From: Pseudomonadota bacterium
GTDB lineage: Bacteria; Desulfobacterota; Binatia; Binatales; Binataceae
Direction: 5' to 3'
NCBI GenBank assembly: GCA_021324885.1
Contig: JAJPIF010000029.1
Coordinates: forward strand, 1,078 to 65,077
Length of the DNA: 64,000 nucleotides
The notes beneath the pieces were generated by a model, which ran no database searches, was not told the DNA's origin, and worked only from the letters and a program-made list of their open reading frames with translations. Position 1 is the stretch's first letter, and each line of letters opens with the position of its first letter. The translations under genes and the position numbers were made by a program. This document shows, piece after piece, positions 1 through 9,330 of this stretch.

Positions 1-1033
1 AACTGCCCATCTGCGCCGGCTGCGTATGGCCAATCACCTGCGCGCACAAGGCCGGATAGAAATAGCCATGGCCGATACCACCGGCAATCGCGGCGAGGTA
101 CAGCATCGCAAAGCGGCCGGTGAAGGCGAGCAAGCCCAATCCGATCGCGGTCAGAATCAGCATCGGCGCCACGATCCGCCTGAGCCCCACGCGATCCAGG
201 ACACCCGGACCGAGCACGCGCAAAATCACGGCGACGCCGCAGTAGAGCATGAAATACCATCCCACGCGCCCGACCCCCTGCTGGTATGCGAAGGGGACCA
301 CGAACGTCCTCGAGGCCAGCGCGAAGGACCACAGCAGCGTGACGATCCACAACGGCATCAGCTCGCTGCTGCGCAGCAGTTCGCTGAACCCGGCCATCGG
401 CGCCACCCGATGGGAATCGCGATGCGCCGGCACGCGCGGGGCGGGCGCGCGCGCCGCAATCGCCGCCGCGAGCAGGCACAGCGCAGCGGCTGCAATGAAA
501 AACCATCTGAAACCGCCGACCGCGATAATTTCCTCACCCATGATCGGTCCGATGGCGGCAGGGATCATACTGCACAGCGTAAAGGTCGCCATCGCCTGTC
601 CCTGCCGTCCGGCAGGGAGCAGCTCGTAGGCCATCGCAAACAGCGCTACACGCGCCGTGCCGTCAATCGCGCCATGTATCATGCGCACCGCGTAGATCGG
701 CCATCGCAGGGCGCCGATCGGGATGTAGAGCGCGGTGGCCAGCGCATCGAGGATCAGAAATCGCACTGCCACCCAATGGGTTCCCAGGTGATCGACCGCG
801 ATCCCGTTGAGCGGCCGCACCGCCAGCGCGGCGACGCCGGCAACGGCAATCACGGCGCCGATACTGGCGGCGCCGCCGCCCAGATGCATCACGAAAGCCG
901 GCAGCATCACAAAAATGCTGGAAGCGAGGTTGAGCGCAAAGTTGGCGGCGAACACGAACCAGAAATCGCGCGTGTACAGCGTCGAAGCGGCGCCGGCCGC
1001 GCGCGCGCCAGGTGCAGCGGTCAGGCTCGACAC
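1..1033 (-). CDS. MFS transporter (partial; 3' end runs off window start)
   Basis: Hand translation of minus strand gives LYTRDFWFVFAANFALNLASSIFVMLPAFVMHLGGGAASIGAVIAVAGV... with many hydrophobic helices, typical MFS N-terminus; stop TAA upstream at 1076-1078; likely GTG start at 1033 (or TTG 1063). Not in ORF track because no stop in window. The track's 26..1282 + ORF is its antisense artefact. Confidence 0.72.
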   Translation of the reverse strand, partial: MSSLTAAPGARAAGAASTLYTRDFWFVFAANFALNLASSIFVMLPAFVMHLGGGAASIGAVIAVAGVAALAVRPLNGIAVDHLGTHWVAVRFLILDALATALYIPIGALRWPIYAVRMIHGAIDGTARVALFAMAYELLPAGRQGQAMATFTLCSMIPAAIGPIMGEEIIAVGGFRWFFIAAAALCLLAAAIAARAPAPRVPAHRDSHRVAPMAGFSELLRSSELMPLWIVTLLWSFALASRTFVVPFAYQQGVGRVGWYFMLYCGVAVILRVLGPGVLDRVGLRRIVAPMLILTAIGLGLLAFTGRFAMLYLAAIAGGIGHGYFYPALCAQVIGHTQPAQMGS

Positions 1034-1303
1034 GCCGCTTCCAGGTTGATTGGATGCATTCAACGCCCAGGCAGCTTAGCGTCTGGACCAGGCGGATTCA
1101 TAGAGAAAACGGCGGCGGCAACACCAGGCTGGCGGCGGCCGTTCGCGCGGCCCCCCTTGTTTGTGCTACTTTCGAGTGCGTTGAAAAACGCCATGCGGAT
1201 TATTAACGTCACCGCGCGGCGCCGGCAAAATCGGCGCGCCAGCCCGTGGACAGTCCGGCCTCGAGCGCTGATTACTGACTGACAATCATTCGCCTCAACA
1301 GCG

Positions 1304-1342
1304 GCCACGGGTGCGCGAAGCGCGCATCCGTGGCTTTTTTTT
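1304..1342 (+). terminator. Intrinsic-terminator-like hairpin (GCCACGG-gTGCGCGaagCGCGCAt-CCGTGGC) followed by T8, ~33 nt upstream of ABC ATPase start
   Basis: Near-perfect nested inverted repeat directly followed by TTTTTTTT on + strand; no + strand gene upstream for >1 kb, so it reads as a leader attenuator or sRNA terminator. Confidence 0.5.
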
Positions 1343-1374
1343 GCCGGTCCGGATTCATTTCGAAGAGGAATTTC

Positions 1375-2121
1375 ATGGTCCTGGAAGTGAAACATTTGAG
1401 CAAACGCTATGGCGCGCTGACCGCCGTCGAGGATGTCTCCTTTTCGCTGGCTCAGGGCGAAATTCTGGGCTTGCTGGGGCCCAATGGCGCCGGCAAAAGC
1501 ACGACCATCCATATGCTGCTGGGACTGATCACGCCCAGCGCCGGCGAAGTACGCGTCTTTGGCCTGCGCTTTTGCGATTATCGCAAACATATACTGCAAC
1601 TGATTAATTTCACTTCGCCCTATGTCTCGCTGCCGCTGCGGCTGACCGTGATGGAAAACCTGCGGGTGTTCGCCCGGCTCTACAACGTCGAGCATCCGCA
1701 AAAGCGGATCGACGAGCTGCTGGAGCTGTTCGGTGTCGGCGCTCTGCGCAACCAGCCGGTTGCCAGACTGTCATCGGGCGAGAACACGCGCGTGGGGCTG
1801 TGCAAGGCGATGCTCAACAATCCGCGCCTGCTGCTGCTGGACGAGCCCACCGCCTCTCTTGATCCGGAAATCGCCTGGCAGGTCAAGCAGGTGCTGCTTC
1901 AGGCGCAACGCGAGTTCGGCACCACGATTTTGTGCACCTCGCACAACATGCTCGAAGTCGAGCGTCTGTGTAACCGCATTGTGTTCATGCATCACGGACG
2001 CGTGATCGCGCAGGGCAGTCCGATCGAGATAACGCGCGCGATCCTCAAGGAAGAGCGCAGCGAACCGGCGCTGGAAGAGGTCTTTTTGCGGGTGGCCCGG
2101 TTGGAGGAGTCCGCGCCATGA
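1375..2121 (+). CDS. ABC transporter ATP-binding protein
   Basis: Walker A GPNGAGKST, signature LSSGENTRV, Walker B LLLLDEPTASLD; RBS AAGAGGA 6 nt before ATG 1375. The track ORF begins earlier at 1330. Confidence 0.9.
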   Translation: MVLEVKHLSKRYGALTAVEDVSFSLAQGEILGLLGPNGAGKSTTIHMLLGLITPSAGEVRVFGLRFCDYRKHILQLINFTSPYVSLPLRLTVMENLRVFARLYNVEHPQKRIDELLELFGVGALRNQPVARLSSGENTRVGLCKAMLNNPRLLLLDEPTASLDPEIAWQVKQVLLQAQREFGTTILCTSHNMLEVERLCNRIVFMHHGRVIAQGSPIEITRAILKEERSEPALEEVFLRVARLEESAP

Positions 2122-2906
2122 AAATCCATCGGATCCAGGCGGTGATGATCCGTCATCTGTACGAGATCCGCCGCAACGCCGACCGCATCACCGATATGGT
2201 CTACTGGCCGATCCTCGACATCATCGTGTGGGGCTTTTTCACGATCTACCTGGCGCACGGCGGGCGCGGGGGCAACAGGCTGGCCGATTTCCTGCTGGGC
2301 GCGGCAATTTTGTGGGGAATGTTTTACGCCTTCCAGCGCGATCTGGCGGTGGGCTTCCTCGACGAACTGTGGTCGCGCAACCTGATCAACCTGTTCTCCG
2401 CCCCGCTGGACGTCACCGAATACCTGTGCGGATTGGTGGTCGTGAACCTGATCAAGGTGGCGGCGGGCGCGGGCTGCGCGTCGTTGATCGCGTGGACCTG
2501 CTATGCGTTCGACATCCTTCCTGCTCTGCCGCAATTGGTTCCCTACATGCTCAACCTGATGTTGTTCGGATTGGCCCTGGGCGTGTTCACTTCGGGACTG
2601 ATTTTCCGCTACACGACCAAGGTCCAGGGTCTGGCGTGGAGCTTTGCCGGGCTGCTGCAGCCGGTCTCCTGCGTCTTCTATCCGCTGAGCGCGCTGCCGC
2701 GCCCGCTGCGCCTGGTAGCCTCGCTGCTGCCGACGACGCAGTCGTTCGAGGGGATGCGCCAGGTGCTGGCCGCAGGCGCATTCTCGCCGCCGCGTTTTTG
2801 GTGCGCGCTGGCGCTAAACGTGATGTATTTCGGCGCCGCGGCGATGTTCTTCAGATGGATCTTCGAGTCGGCGCGCCGGCGGGGGCTGCTGGTCAAGTTC
2901 GAATGA
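2118..2906 (+). CDS. ABC-2 family transporter permease
   Basis: ATGA overlap with upstream ATPase stop; ~6 predicted TM helices; ABC-2 type membrane protein pattern. Confidence 0.85.
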   Translation: MKIHRIQAVMIRHLYEIRRNADRITDMVYWPILDIIVWGFFTIYLAHGGRGGNRLADFLLGAAILWGMFYAFQRDLAVGFLDELWSRNLINLFSAPLDVTEYLCGLVVVNLIKVAAGAGCASLIAWTCYAFDILPALPQLVPYMLNLMLFGLALGVFTSGLIFRYTTKVQGLAWSFAGLLQPVSCVFYPLSALPRPLRLVASLLPTTQSFEGMRQVLAAGAFSPPRFWCALALNVMYFGAAAMFFRWIFESARRRGLLVKFE

Positions 2907-2972
2907 TCCCTGTGAGGAGGCCGGATGGACTTTCATCAGGTGCGCGCTTTCCGTTAAAAATACCTAACGCAA

Positions 2973-3010
2973 CCCTGCCGATTTTATCGCTGAAGTTCGC
3001 ATCGGCAGGG
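2973..3010 (+). promoter_or_regulatory. 9-bp inverted repeat (CCCTGCCGA ... TCGGCAGGG) between ABC permease and aroG; no T-tract
   Basis: Seen directly in sequence; function unknown (possible operator or weak terminator). Confidence 0.25.
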
Positions 3011-3024
3011 CGGCCAGGATTGAG

Positions 3025-4080
3025 ATGCAACCCAGGATTCACGACGTACATGTCGCCGCCACCCAGCCGCTGATCGCGCCGCGCGCGCTCAAGCAGGAGC
3101 TGCCGCTGACCGATGAGATGGCGCAATGGATCGCCGACTCGCGCGAAACCATCCGCCGGGTTATCAGCGGAGAGGATCCACGCCTGATGGCAATCGTCGG
3201 CCCCTGCTCGATCCACGACCCCGACGCGGCGATCGATTACGCGCGGCGCCTGGCCGATCTGGCCCGCCGGGTTGCCGGCCGCATCCACGTCGTGATGCGC
3301 GTCTATTTCGAAAAGCCGCGCACCACCACCGGGTGGAAGGGGCTGATCAACGACCCCCGGATGGACGACAGTTGCGATATGGAAATGGGACTGCGCATCG
3401 CCCGCCGCCTGCTCATCGAAATCAACTCGCTGGGGCTGGCGGCAGCCACCGAACTGCTCGATCCGATCACCCCGCAATACATCGCCGACCTGATCTCATG
3501 GACCGCGGTGGGCGCGCGCACTACCGAATCGCAGACCCATCGCGAGATGGCCAGCGGGTTGTCGATGCCGGTGGGGTTCAAGAATCGCACCGACGGCGAT
3601 TTGCGCATCGCGATCAATGCGATCGAATCGGCCCGCGGCGCGCATTCATTTATCGGCATCGACCAGGAAGGACAGACCGCGATCATCCGCACCACGGGCA
3701 ATCCGCTCACCCACGTGGTGCTGCGCGGCGGCGTCAAACCCAACTATGACGCCGCCAGTATCCGCGAATGCGAGCAGATGCTGGCTGCGGCGGGTCTGCC
3801 GGCGCGCATGATGGTGGACTGTTCGCATGCCCAGACCAACAAGGATTACACCAGGCAGCCGGCAGTGCTGCGCGCGCTGATCGATCAAATCGCGGCGGGC
3901 AACCGCTCGATCATGGGCGTGATGCTGGAGAGCAACCTGGAGGCGGGCAACCAGAAACTCAGCAGCGATCGCAGCGCGCTCAAGTATGGAGTATCGGTTA
4001 CCGATCCATGCATCGACTGGCCGACGACGGAACGATGCCTGCTGGAATCGGCGCAACTGCTGGCCCGCTGCAAGTCGTGA
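3025..4080 (+). CDS. aroG: 3-deoxy-7-phosphoheptulonate (DAHP) synthase, class I (AroF/G/H type; isozyme not determinable)
   Basis: IVGPCSIHD and KPRTTTGWKGLINDP motifs; length and alignment match E. coli AroG-family. Confidence 0.9.
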   Translation: MQPRIHDVHVAATQPLIAPRALKQELPLTDEMAQWIADSRETIRRVISGEDPRLMAIVGPCSIHDPDAAIDYARRLADLARRVAGRIHVVMRVYFEKPRTTTGWKGLINDPRMDDSCDMEMGLRIARRLLIEINSLGLAAATELLDPITPQYIADLISWTAVGARTTESQTHREMASGLSMPVGFKNRTDGDLRIAINAIESARGAHSFIGIDQEGQTAIIRTTGNPLTHVVLRGGVKPNYDAASIRECEQMLAAAGLPARMMVDCSHAQTNKDYTRQPAVLRALIDQIAAGNRSIMGVMLESNLEAGNQKLSSDRSALKYGVSVTDPCIDWPTTERCLLESAQLLARCKS

Positions 4081-4173
4081 CCGCCACGGTGGACTTACGC
4101 AGCCGCTTCACGTCGGATTGTACGAACCTGTCTTACTCGGAAAGCAAACCGAAATCGAAATGGGCGTGCTTTT

Positions 4174-4497
4174 CTAACTTCTGCGGGCGAGCGTCTGCAG
4201 GATTTCATCGAGAGCCTCATCGACGCCCATAGCGGTGCGGCGGGCGGTGACGTAGAGGTCTCTCAGGTTGGCGAATCCGGCATTTGAGGCCTGGCCTTCG
4301 GACAATCGCTCGATCACCTGGCCTTCCTCGTTGCAGATTTTAAAGACGATAGTGTCATTGGCGTCCTGGACCAGAACTGAGTACCTGGGGAACGAGGTCT
4401 GGAAGGTGTTGTCGTCGGGCGTTTTTTCCCAGTTTATTTCGCCATTTGCGGTCTTTTGGTAAACCAGCTCCGCAATTTGTATCAACTTGTCCGCCAT
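4174..4497 (-). CDS. Hypothetical small soluble protein (107 aa from ATG MADKLIQ...)
   Basis: Protein-like ORF in a visibly lower-GC stretch; begins 1 nt after upstream gene stop; no family recognised. Confidence 0.5.
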   Translation of the reverse strand: MADKLIQIAELVYQKTANGEINWEKTPDDNTFQTSFPRYSVLVQDANDTIVFKICNEEGQVIERLSEGQASNAGFANLRDLYVTARRTAMGVDEALDEILQTLARRS

Positions 4498-4498
4498 C

Positions 4499-4999
4499 TT
4501 ATCGCCCAGGCCGATCAATCTGATCCTTCAAGTCGGCAAGTATCCGTCCCAGTTCGTCGACCTGCCTGGAAATAATCTCGCTGACCCGATGAAGGGCGGG
4601 CGCCTTTCCATTCGCCATCGCGTCATAGACATGCTCTTGCACGTTGGTGAGCTGCTGAATTGCGCCCTGAATTTTAGATCGTTGTTGATCGGTCAGGTCC
4701 GGGATGCGGCCGCGGATCGCGATGAGATCCTGCTTCAATGAAGCGTAGCGATCGGGGAGAACCGGCACCGGCGTCAGGCAGGTCGAACGCCTCAGATCAT
4801 CGATCGTTGAGATGGCACCGCCCAGTTCCTGAACCGCCATCAACTTAACAATCTGATCCTGCAGCCGTTGCGCAGCGCTGCGCGCCTGTTCGGAAGCCCG
4901 CTCCAGTTTACCGATTCGCCAAAAGGTCAGGGCGAAGCCCCCGATCAAAACCAGGAGTTCCACCAGGCTTGCCAACACCCAAATCTGATGACCGTCCAT
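4499..4999 (-). CDS. Hypothetical membrane-anchored coiled-coil protein (N-terminal TM helix IWVLASLVELLVLIGGFALTFW, then charged coiled-coil-like region)
   Basis: ORF 4499..5062 in the track (TTG at 5062); ATG start MDGHQ at 4999 preferred; lower GC than flanks; no family recognised. Confidence 0.5.
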   Translation of the reverse strand: MDGHQIWVLASLVELLVLIGGFALTFWRIGKLERASEQARSAAQRLQDQIVKLMAVQELGGAISTIDDLRRSTCLTPVPVLPDRYASLKQDLIAIRGRIPDLTDQQRSKIQGAIQQLTNVQEHVYDAMANGKAPALHRVSEIISRQVDELGRILADLKDQIDRPGR

Positions 5000-5116
5000 G
5001 AAACCTGCGATGTGCTGGAAGTTCAGTTTACTTCCTCCGACGCGCTGAGTTACTGCCCTCAAAGCTTAGCGAGCGTAGCGCGAAGTGTGAAGCAACAACC
5101 CGCAACCATCGCGGCT

Positions 5117-6520
5117 TCAGCGCTGGCGTTCCGCCACTTTCAATTTTTCGCTTACCTGCATCGCGTTGAGCGCCGCCGTATATCGGACCTTGTAGGCTTC
5201 AGGGCGCTCCAGGGCTTTGAGCGGCGGTGGCAGCCGGGCAAAGCCTTCGAGGAACGTTTCCCGCGCCTGCGCCAGGGTGGGATTGGGTTCGATCCGCCGT
5301 CCCTCGCGCATTCGCGCCACCATCAGTTCCGTGATCTTGTCCGGGGTCGGCTTGAACTCCCTGGCCACCGTGCTCGGGCTCTCTTCGATTACGCCAATCA
5401 GGTCCAGATAGGGAACGCCGGCACGGTTCCAGGCGCGGAAGACCTGCTTGCGGCCAGGCAGCGTCACCTTGTTGCGCGAGGTCTTAACCCGCGGCCGGCC
5501 TTTGTATTCGACCAGCTTGTAAGTCATATCGAGCGAAGGAGCGTCGGCGCTCACGACCATCGCGGTGCCTACACCGAACGCATCTATCGGCGCCTTGCCC
5601 CTGACCAGTTCCGCGATCGCATACTCGTCGAGGTTGCCGCTGGCGAAGATCGAGGTTTGGGCCAATCCGCGCATATCGAGCGCCTTGCGCACCCTTTTAC
5701 TGAGGTCGGCGAGATCGCCGCTGTCCAGCCGCACGCCCTGGAGCTCGACGCCCGATTGTTTGAGTTCCAGCGCGACTTGAGCGGCATTTTCGGTCCCCTT
5801 CACCGTGTCGTAGGTATCGACCAGCAGGGTGCTCAGCTTGGGAAAGCTCGTGGCGAAATCGGCAAAAGCGTCGCGCTCGCGTTCATGCGCCATCACGTAG
5901 CTGTGGGCCATGGTGCCGTAAACCGGGATGCCATAACGCTTGCCTGCCAGTACGTTGGCGGTGCCGTTAAATCCGGCCAGGTAGCTTGAGCGCGCGGCGA
6001 CCAGACCGGCGTCGGCACCCTGAGCGCGGCGCAATCCGAACTCGATCAAACGCCGGCCCTGCGCGGCGCTATAAGAGCGGGCCGCCTTGCTCGCAATCAT
6101 GGTGGCGACCCCGACCTGGTTTATCGCCAGAGTCTCCAGGAGCTGCGCCTCGATCAGCGGCGCGTCAATTTCGAGGATTGGCTCTTCAGCGAAAAAGATC
6201 GTGCCTTCGGGAATCGCCCTGATGCTACCGGTAAATCGGAAGCGACCCAGGTAATCGAGAAAATCGGGTTTGAAGAGCTTGAGCGAATCCAGATATTCCA
6301 GCGCCGCCGCGTCAAAGCGCAATTGCTCGACGGCCTCGAAAAACCGCTCCGTACCAGCGGCAACGAGATATCCGCGCCGCGGCGGCAGACGCCGGACCGA
6401 CAGGCTGAAACAGGCAGGATCGTTGAAGCCATGCTCGAGATAGCTCGCCGCCATCGTCAGTTCGTAGAGGTCGGTCAGCAGGGCAACTTCGCCGCTATCC
6501 AGATGAAGGTCGCTGCTCAT
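5117..6520 (-). CDS. pncB: Nicotinate phosphoribosyltransferase
   Basis: LTDLYELTMA and GTMAHSYVMA motifs; full-length NAPRTase; start at MSSDLHLD preferred over the longer track ORF. Confidence 0.9.
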   Translation of the reverse strand: MSSDLHLDSGEVALLTDLYELTMAASYLEHGFNDPACFSLSVRRLPPRRGYLVAAGTERFFEAVEQLRFDAAALEYLDSLKLFKPDFLDYLGRFRFTGSIRAIPEGTIFFAEEPILEIDAPLIEAQLLETLAINQVGVATMIASKAARSYSAAQGRRLIEFGLRRAQGADAGLVAARSSYLAGFNGTANVLAGKRYGIPVYGTMAHSYVMAHERERDAFADFATSFPKLSTLLVDTYDTVKGTENAAQVALELKQSGVELQGVRLDSGDLADLSKRVRKALDMRGLAQTSIFASGNLDEYAIAELVRGKAPIDAFGVGTAMVVSADAPSLDMTYKLVEYKGRPRVKTSRNKVTLPGRKQVFRAWNRAGVPYLDLIGVIEESPSTVAREFKPTPDKITELMVARMREGRRIEPNPTLAQARETFLEGFARLPPPLKALERPEAYKVRYTAALNAMQVSEKLKVAERQR

Positions 6521-6686
6521 CCAGCAATCATGCTTTTGCGCGCGCGGCTCAATCAACCCGTTCCACGACCCGCAAAGGGACGCCCGCAGTCGGGGTCCAG
6601 CATGCCGGGGAGATGAAATCGCTGCCGAGCCGGAAAAGGATCGCGGGCCGAACCCGGCTCAGACCCGGATTGACTCAGGCCCGTTT

Positions 6687-7988
6687 TTATCCGGACGAAG
6701 ATGAGCAAAATGGAACGACATACGGCCCTTCGGGAATAATCGCGACACCCGGGTCGCCGGTGCGCTCAATACTGTCGCGGACCGCGTCGTCGATCGAATC
6801 GATCAGCGTCACGCCGGTAAGCGGCCGGTCGTGGTCTGGCAGCCCGCGGGTGTAAAGCGCGATTCGCGCCAGGCGCATCGGCTTTAGCTGCATCTCGGTC
6901 TGCCATTCGTCGATTTCGGCCAGGCGTTTGCCGGCGATGCTGCGCAGGAACGATAACGGTCCCATCTCGATCAGGCGGCGCTGCGAGGCGCGAAAATCGT
7001 CAGAGCCGAGGCCTTCGGAGCACGCCGAGGCCACGATCAGGCTGCCGCCGGGACGCACAATGTCCATCGGCGTAACCATCGCCTTGACCGTCTGGTAATA
7101 GGTCTTGTCCAGCGGATGGCCGGCGGCCGACGTGACCACGGTGGCGAAGCGGCGCGGGATCGGAACTTCGCAACTGGCGCGGATGAACTGGACCGCAGCA
7201 TGATGGCTGTGGTTGAGGTCGCCGAAGTTTACCAGGCACAGATTGCGCTGTTCGTCGATCACGGTATTGAGCGCATACACCTCGCCCACCATCGCGACGA
7301 TTTCAAGCTGCTCCTCGTGCAGCGGATTGCCCCGAAGATTGCATTGGCGCGCGCCCGGATCTTCCATGAACGCCGCGCTGTGCAGGCGCCGGATGGTTTC
7401 GGCCGAAGCGATTCCGGGGACCACGACTTTGCGCCCGCCCGAGTAACCCGCCATGAAATGCGGCTCGACCAGTCCGGTGGCGATGCGCAAATCGGCCTGG
7501 ACAAAACGGCGATCCAATGCGACCGGAGTCGCGCGGCGCGAAGTTGCCCCAAGCCGTACATGATCATCGTCATTGCGCGCGAAATGGTTTGCGACGCGAA
7601 TCTTCGCGAGCACCCAGGGATCGCCGATGACCTCGGCAAGTTCGGCGCCTTCGTTGGGACGATGGAGTCCCGTGGCAATCAAAATCGTGATCGCCTCGCG
7701 GGCGACCCCCGCTTGCAGCAGACATTCGATGATCGGCCGCAGAAACAGGCCGTTGGGCGCCGGGCGCGTGATGTCGCATACCAGGATACAAGCGCTGCGC
7801 CGGCCCCGGGCGAGCTGTCTCAAAGAGGGCGAACCAATCGCGTCTTCCAGTGCGCGGCTCACGGCAGCCAAGGGATTGGTCAACCTCGGCATCGGCCGTT
7901 TGCGGATGACGGTAACCTGCGCACTGGACGGCAGGTTTACCGCCAGCATCTCGTGACCGTAGGCAACCTCTACAACCATCGGCTCCAT
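6687..7988 (-). CDS. LarA-family (nickel-pincer lactate racemase-like, DUF2088) protein
   Basis: N-terminal DUF2088-like region and LarA C-terminal domain; start at MEPMVVEVAYGHEM chosen (~434 aa), the longer N-terminal extension of the track ORF is not protein-like. Confidence 0.78.
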   Translation of the reverse strand: MEPMVVEVAYGHEMLAVNLPSSAQVTVIRKRPMPRLTNPLAAVSRALEDAIGSPSLRQLARGRRSACILVCDITRPAPNGLFLRPIIECLLQAGVAREAITILIATGLHRPNEGAELAEVIGDPWVLAKIRVANHFARNDDDHVRLGATSRRATPVALDRRFVQADLRIATGLVEPHFMAGYSGGRKVVVPGIASAETIRRLHSAAFMEDPGARQCNLRGNPLHEEQLEIVAMVGEVYALNTVIDEQRNLCLVNFGDLNHSHHAAVQFIRASCEVPIPRRFATVVTSAAGHPLDKTYYQTVKAMVTPMDIVRPGGSLIVASACSEGLGSDDFRASQRRLIEMGPLSFLRSIAGKRLAEIDEWQTEMQLKPMRLARIALYTRGLPDHDRPLTGVTLIDSIDDAVRDSIERTGDPGVAIIPEGPYVVPFCSSSSG

Positions 7989-8163
7989 CCAGGTGACTGA
8001 GTTTCTTTTGCTCGGATTATTAGCGCTGGTTCTGCTTGGCAGCGCAACCGGTTTGCCTTCAGGCCTTTGCAGGAAGGCCGGTACAAGGGGGACCTTTTCC
8101 CGCTCGCCGGTTGGAAGTATGAAATAAACGAGGGCGGCAAAAACCGCGCGTCCGAGGAACACG

Positions 8164-8340
8164 ATGGCTAAAGTGATAGCTTTTCCGACCCGGCGGCCGG
8201 CCCCTAAGACTTCGCCGCAAGCGCCGGACGAAGTGTGTGCTTGCGGGCACAAGGCGAACGTTCACATCCGCCATCCCAATGGCGTGGTGAGCTGCGCGGC
8301 ACGCAATTGCCGATGCGAAACGCGGCCGCCACGCAATTAA
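8164..8340 (+). CDS. Small Cys-rich hypothetical protein (58 aa, C-x-C-G-H ... C-x4-C-x-C), not in ORF track
   Basis: ATG 8164 preceded by GAGGAA 6 nt upstream; MAKVIAFPTRRPAPKTSPQAPDEVCACGHKANVHIRHPNGVVSCAARNCRCETRPPRN; convergent with TetR gene. Confidence 0.35.
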   Translation: MAKVIAFPTRRPAPKTSPQAPDEVCACGHKANVHIRHPNGVVSCAARNCRCETRPPRN

Positions 8341-8360
8341 CCCCGCGGCAAGCAGATTCG

Positions 8361-9029
8361 CTAATCGGAAGAGGCGGTTTCAGGACCGGTCAATCCCAGG
8401 CCGTCGGAGAGCAGGTCGATCACCATCCGCTCGCGATTTGCGATATTGGCGGGCGAGAGCGGATCGTCCACCCCCAAATAGGGCAGCGCCGGAAAGAGCA
8501 GGAAATAACCGAAGGTCTCGACCGTGATGCTGACGATTACCTGGACCGGATCAACTCTGCGCATCCGGCCTGCTGCCATATCGTTGAGGAGCAGTTCGCG
8601 GCCCCCGTCGGCCAGCGGCTTGAGGTATTCGGTGGCGATGGCGCGCGAACGCGATCGCTCGTCGATCACTTCGCGGATAATCAAGCGGGCCCAGTTAGGG
8701 TTTTCCGCCAGGTATTGGAACAGACGATGGACAAACCGGCTCAAACGCTCGCGCGGGGTGGACGCCACCAGGGCGTCGCGCATGAAATCGCCCAGGCGGC
8801 CCAGCGCTCGTCTGACCACCTCGTCATAGAGCTCGGCTTTCGATCCGAAATGGTAAAACGGCAACGCCTTATTGACGCGCGCGCGGCTGGCGATGTTTTG
8901 CGCGCGCGCGCCGCCGAATCCGCGCTCCGCAAATTCTTCCTCGGCGGCCTTGAGGATCGCTTCGCGCGCCGCGGCCGAGACCGGACGCCGCTTGGCGCGT
9001 TGAATTCCGTCCGGAGTAGGGTCCTGCAT
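8361..9029 (-). CDS. TetR/AcrR family transcriptional regulator
   Basis: N-terminal HTH REAILKAAEEEFAERGFGGARAQNIASRARVNKALPFYHFGSK. Confidence 0.85.
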   Translation of the reverse strand: MQDPTPDGIQRAKRRPVSAAAREAILKAAEEEFAERGFGGARAQNIASRARVNKALPFYHFGSKAELYDEVVRRALGRLGDFMRDALVASTPRERLSRFVHRLFQYLAENPNWARLIIREVIDERSRSRAIATEYLKPLADGGRELLLNDMAAGRMRRVDPVQVIVSITVETFGYFLLFPALPYLGVDDPLSPANIANRERMVIDLLSDGLGLTGPETASSD

Positions 9030-9330
9030 GCTCGTCCCTTTCGTCCAGTACCTGGCTGTTCGGATGTCTGCCTGATCTCGAAAGGCCTGAGATCTCCCCG
9101 AAGCCGCCGTCCAAGGCGCCAGGCCGCAAGCTTATTGTGCGGACATCGAAGAGGCACAATGCTTACAGCTGCGTAATGCTTCATCGCACAGTTGCGCGTT
9201 TCCCCCGGGACGCAATCTCGATCGACGGATTCGCAAACAAAACCAAGTTTGAGTTTTCGCCGCGCTTTCGTCAAGCAAAAATGCCGCGCTTTATCCAGAT
9301 GGGCGTTTCAGGCAAGCTGCTAACGCCGAC

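Noticed and set aside
26-1282. 418-aa + strand ORF from the track
   Set aside because: It is the antisense frame of the real minus-strand MFS transporter; composition is Arg/Gly/Ala-rich junk typical of high-GC antisense ORFs. Many other long opposite-strand ORFs in the track (for example 8235..9176 +, 29922..31022 +, 39540..40706 +, 46756..48105 +, 55959..57536 +, 59197..60192 -) were rejected for the same reason.
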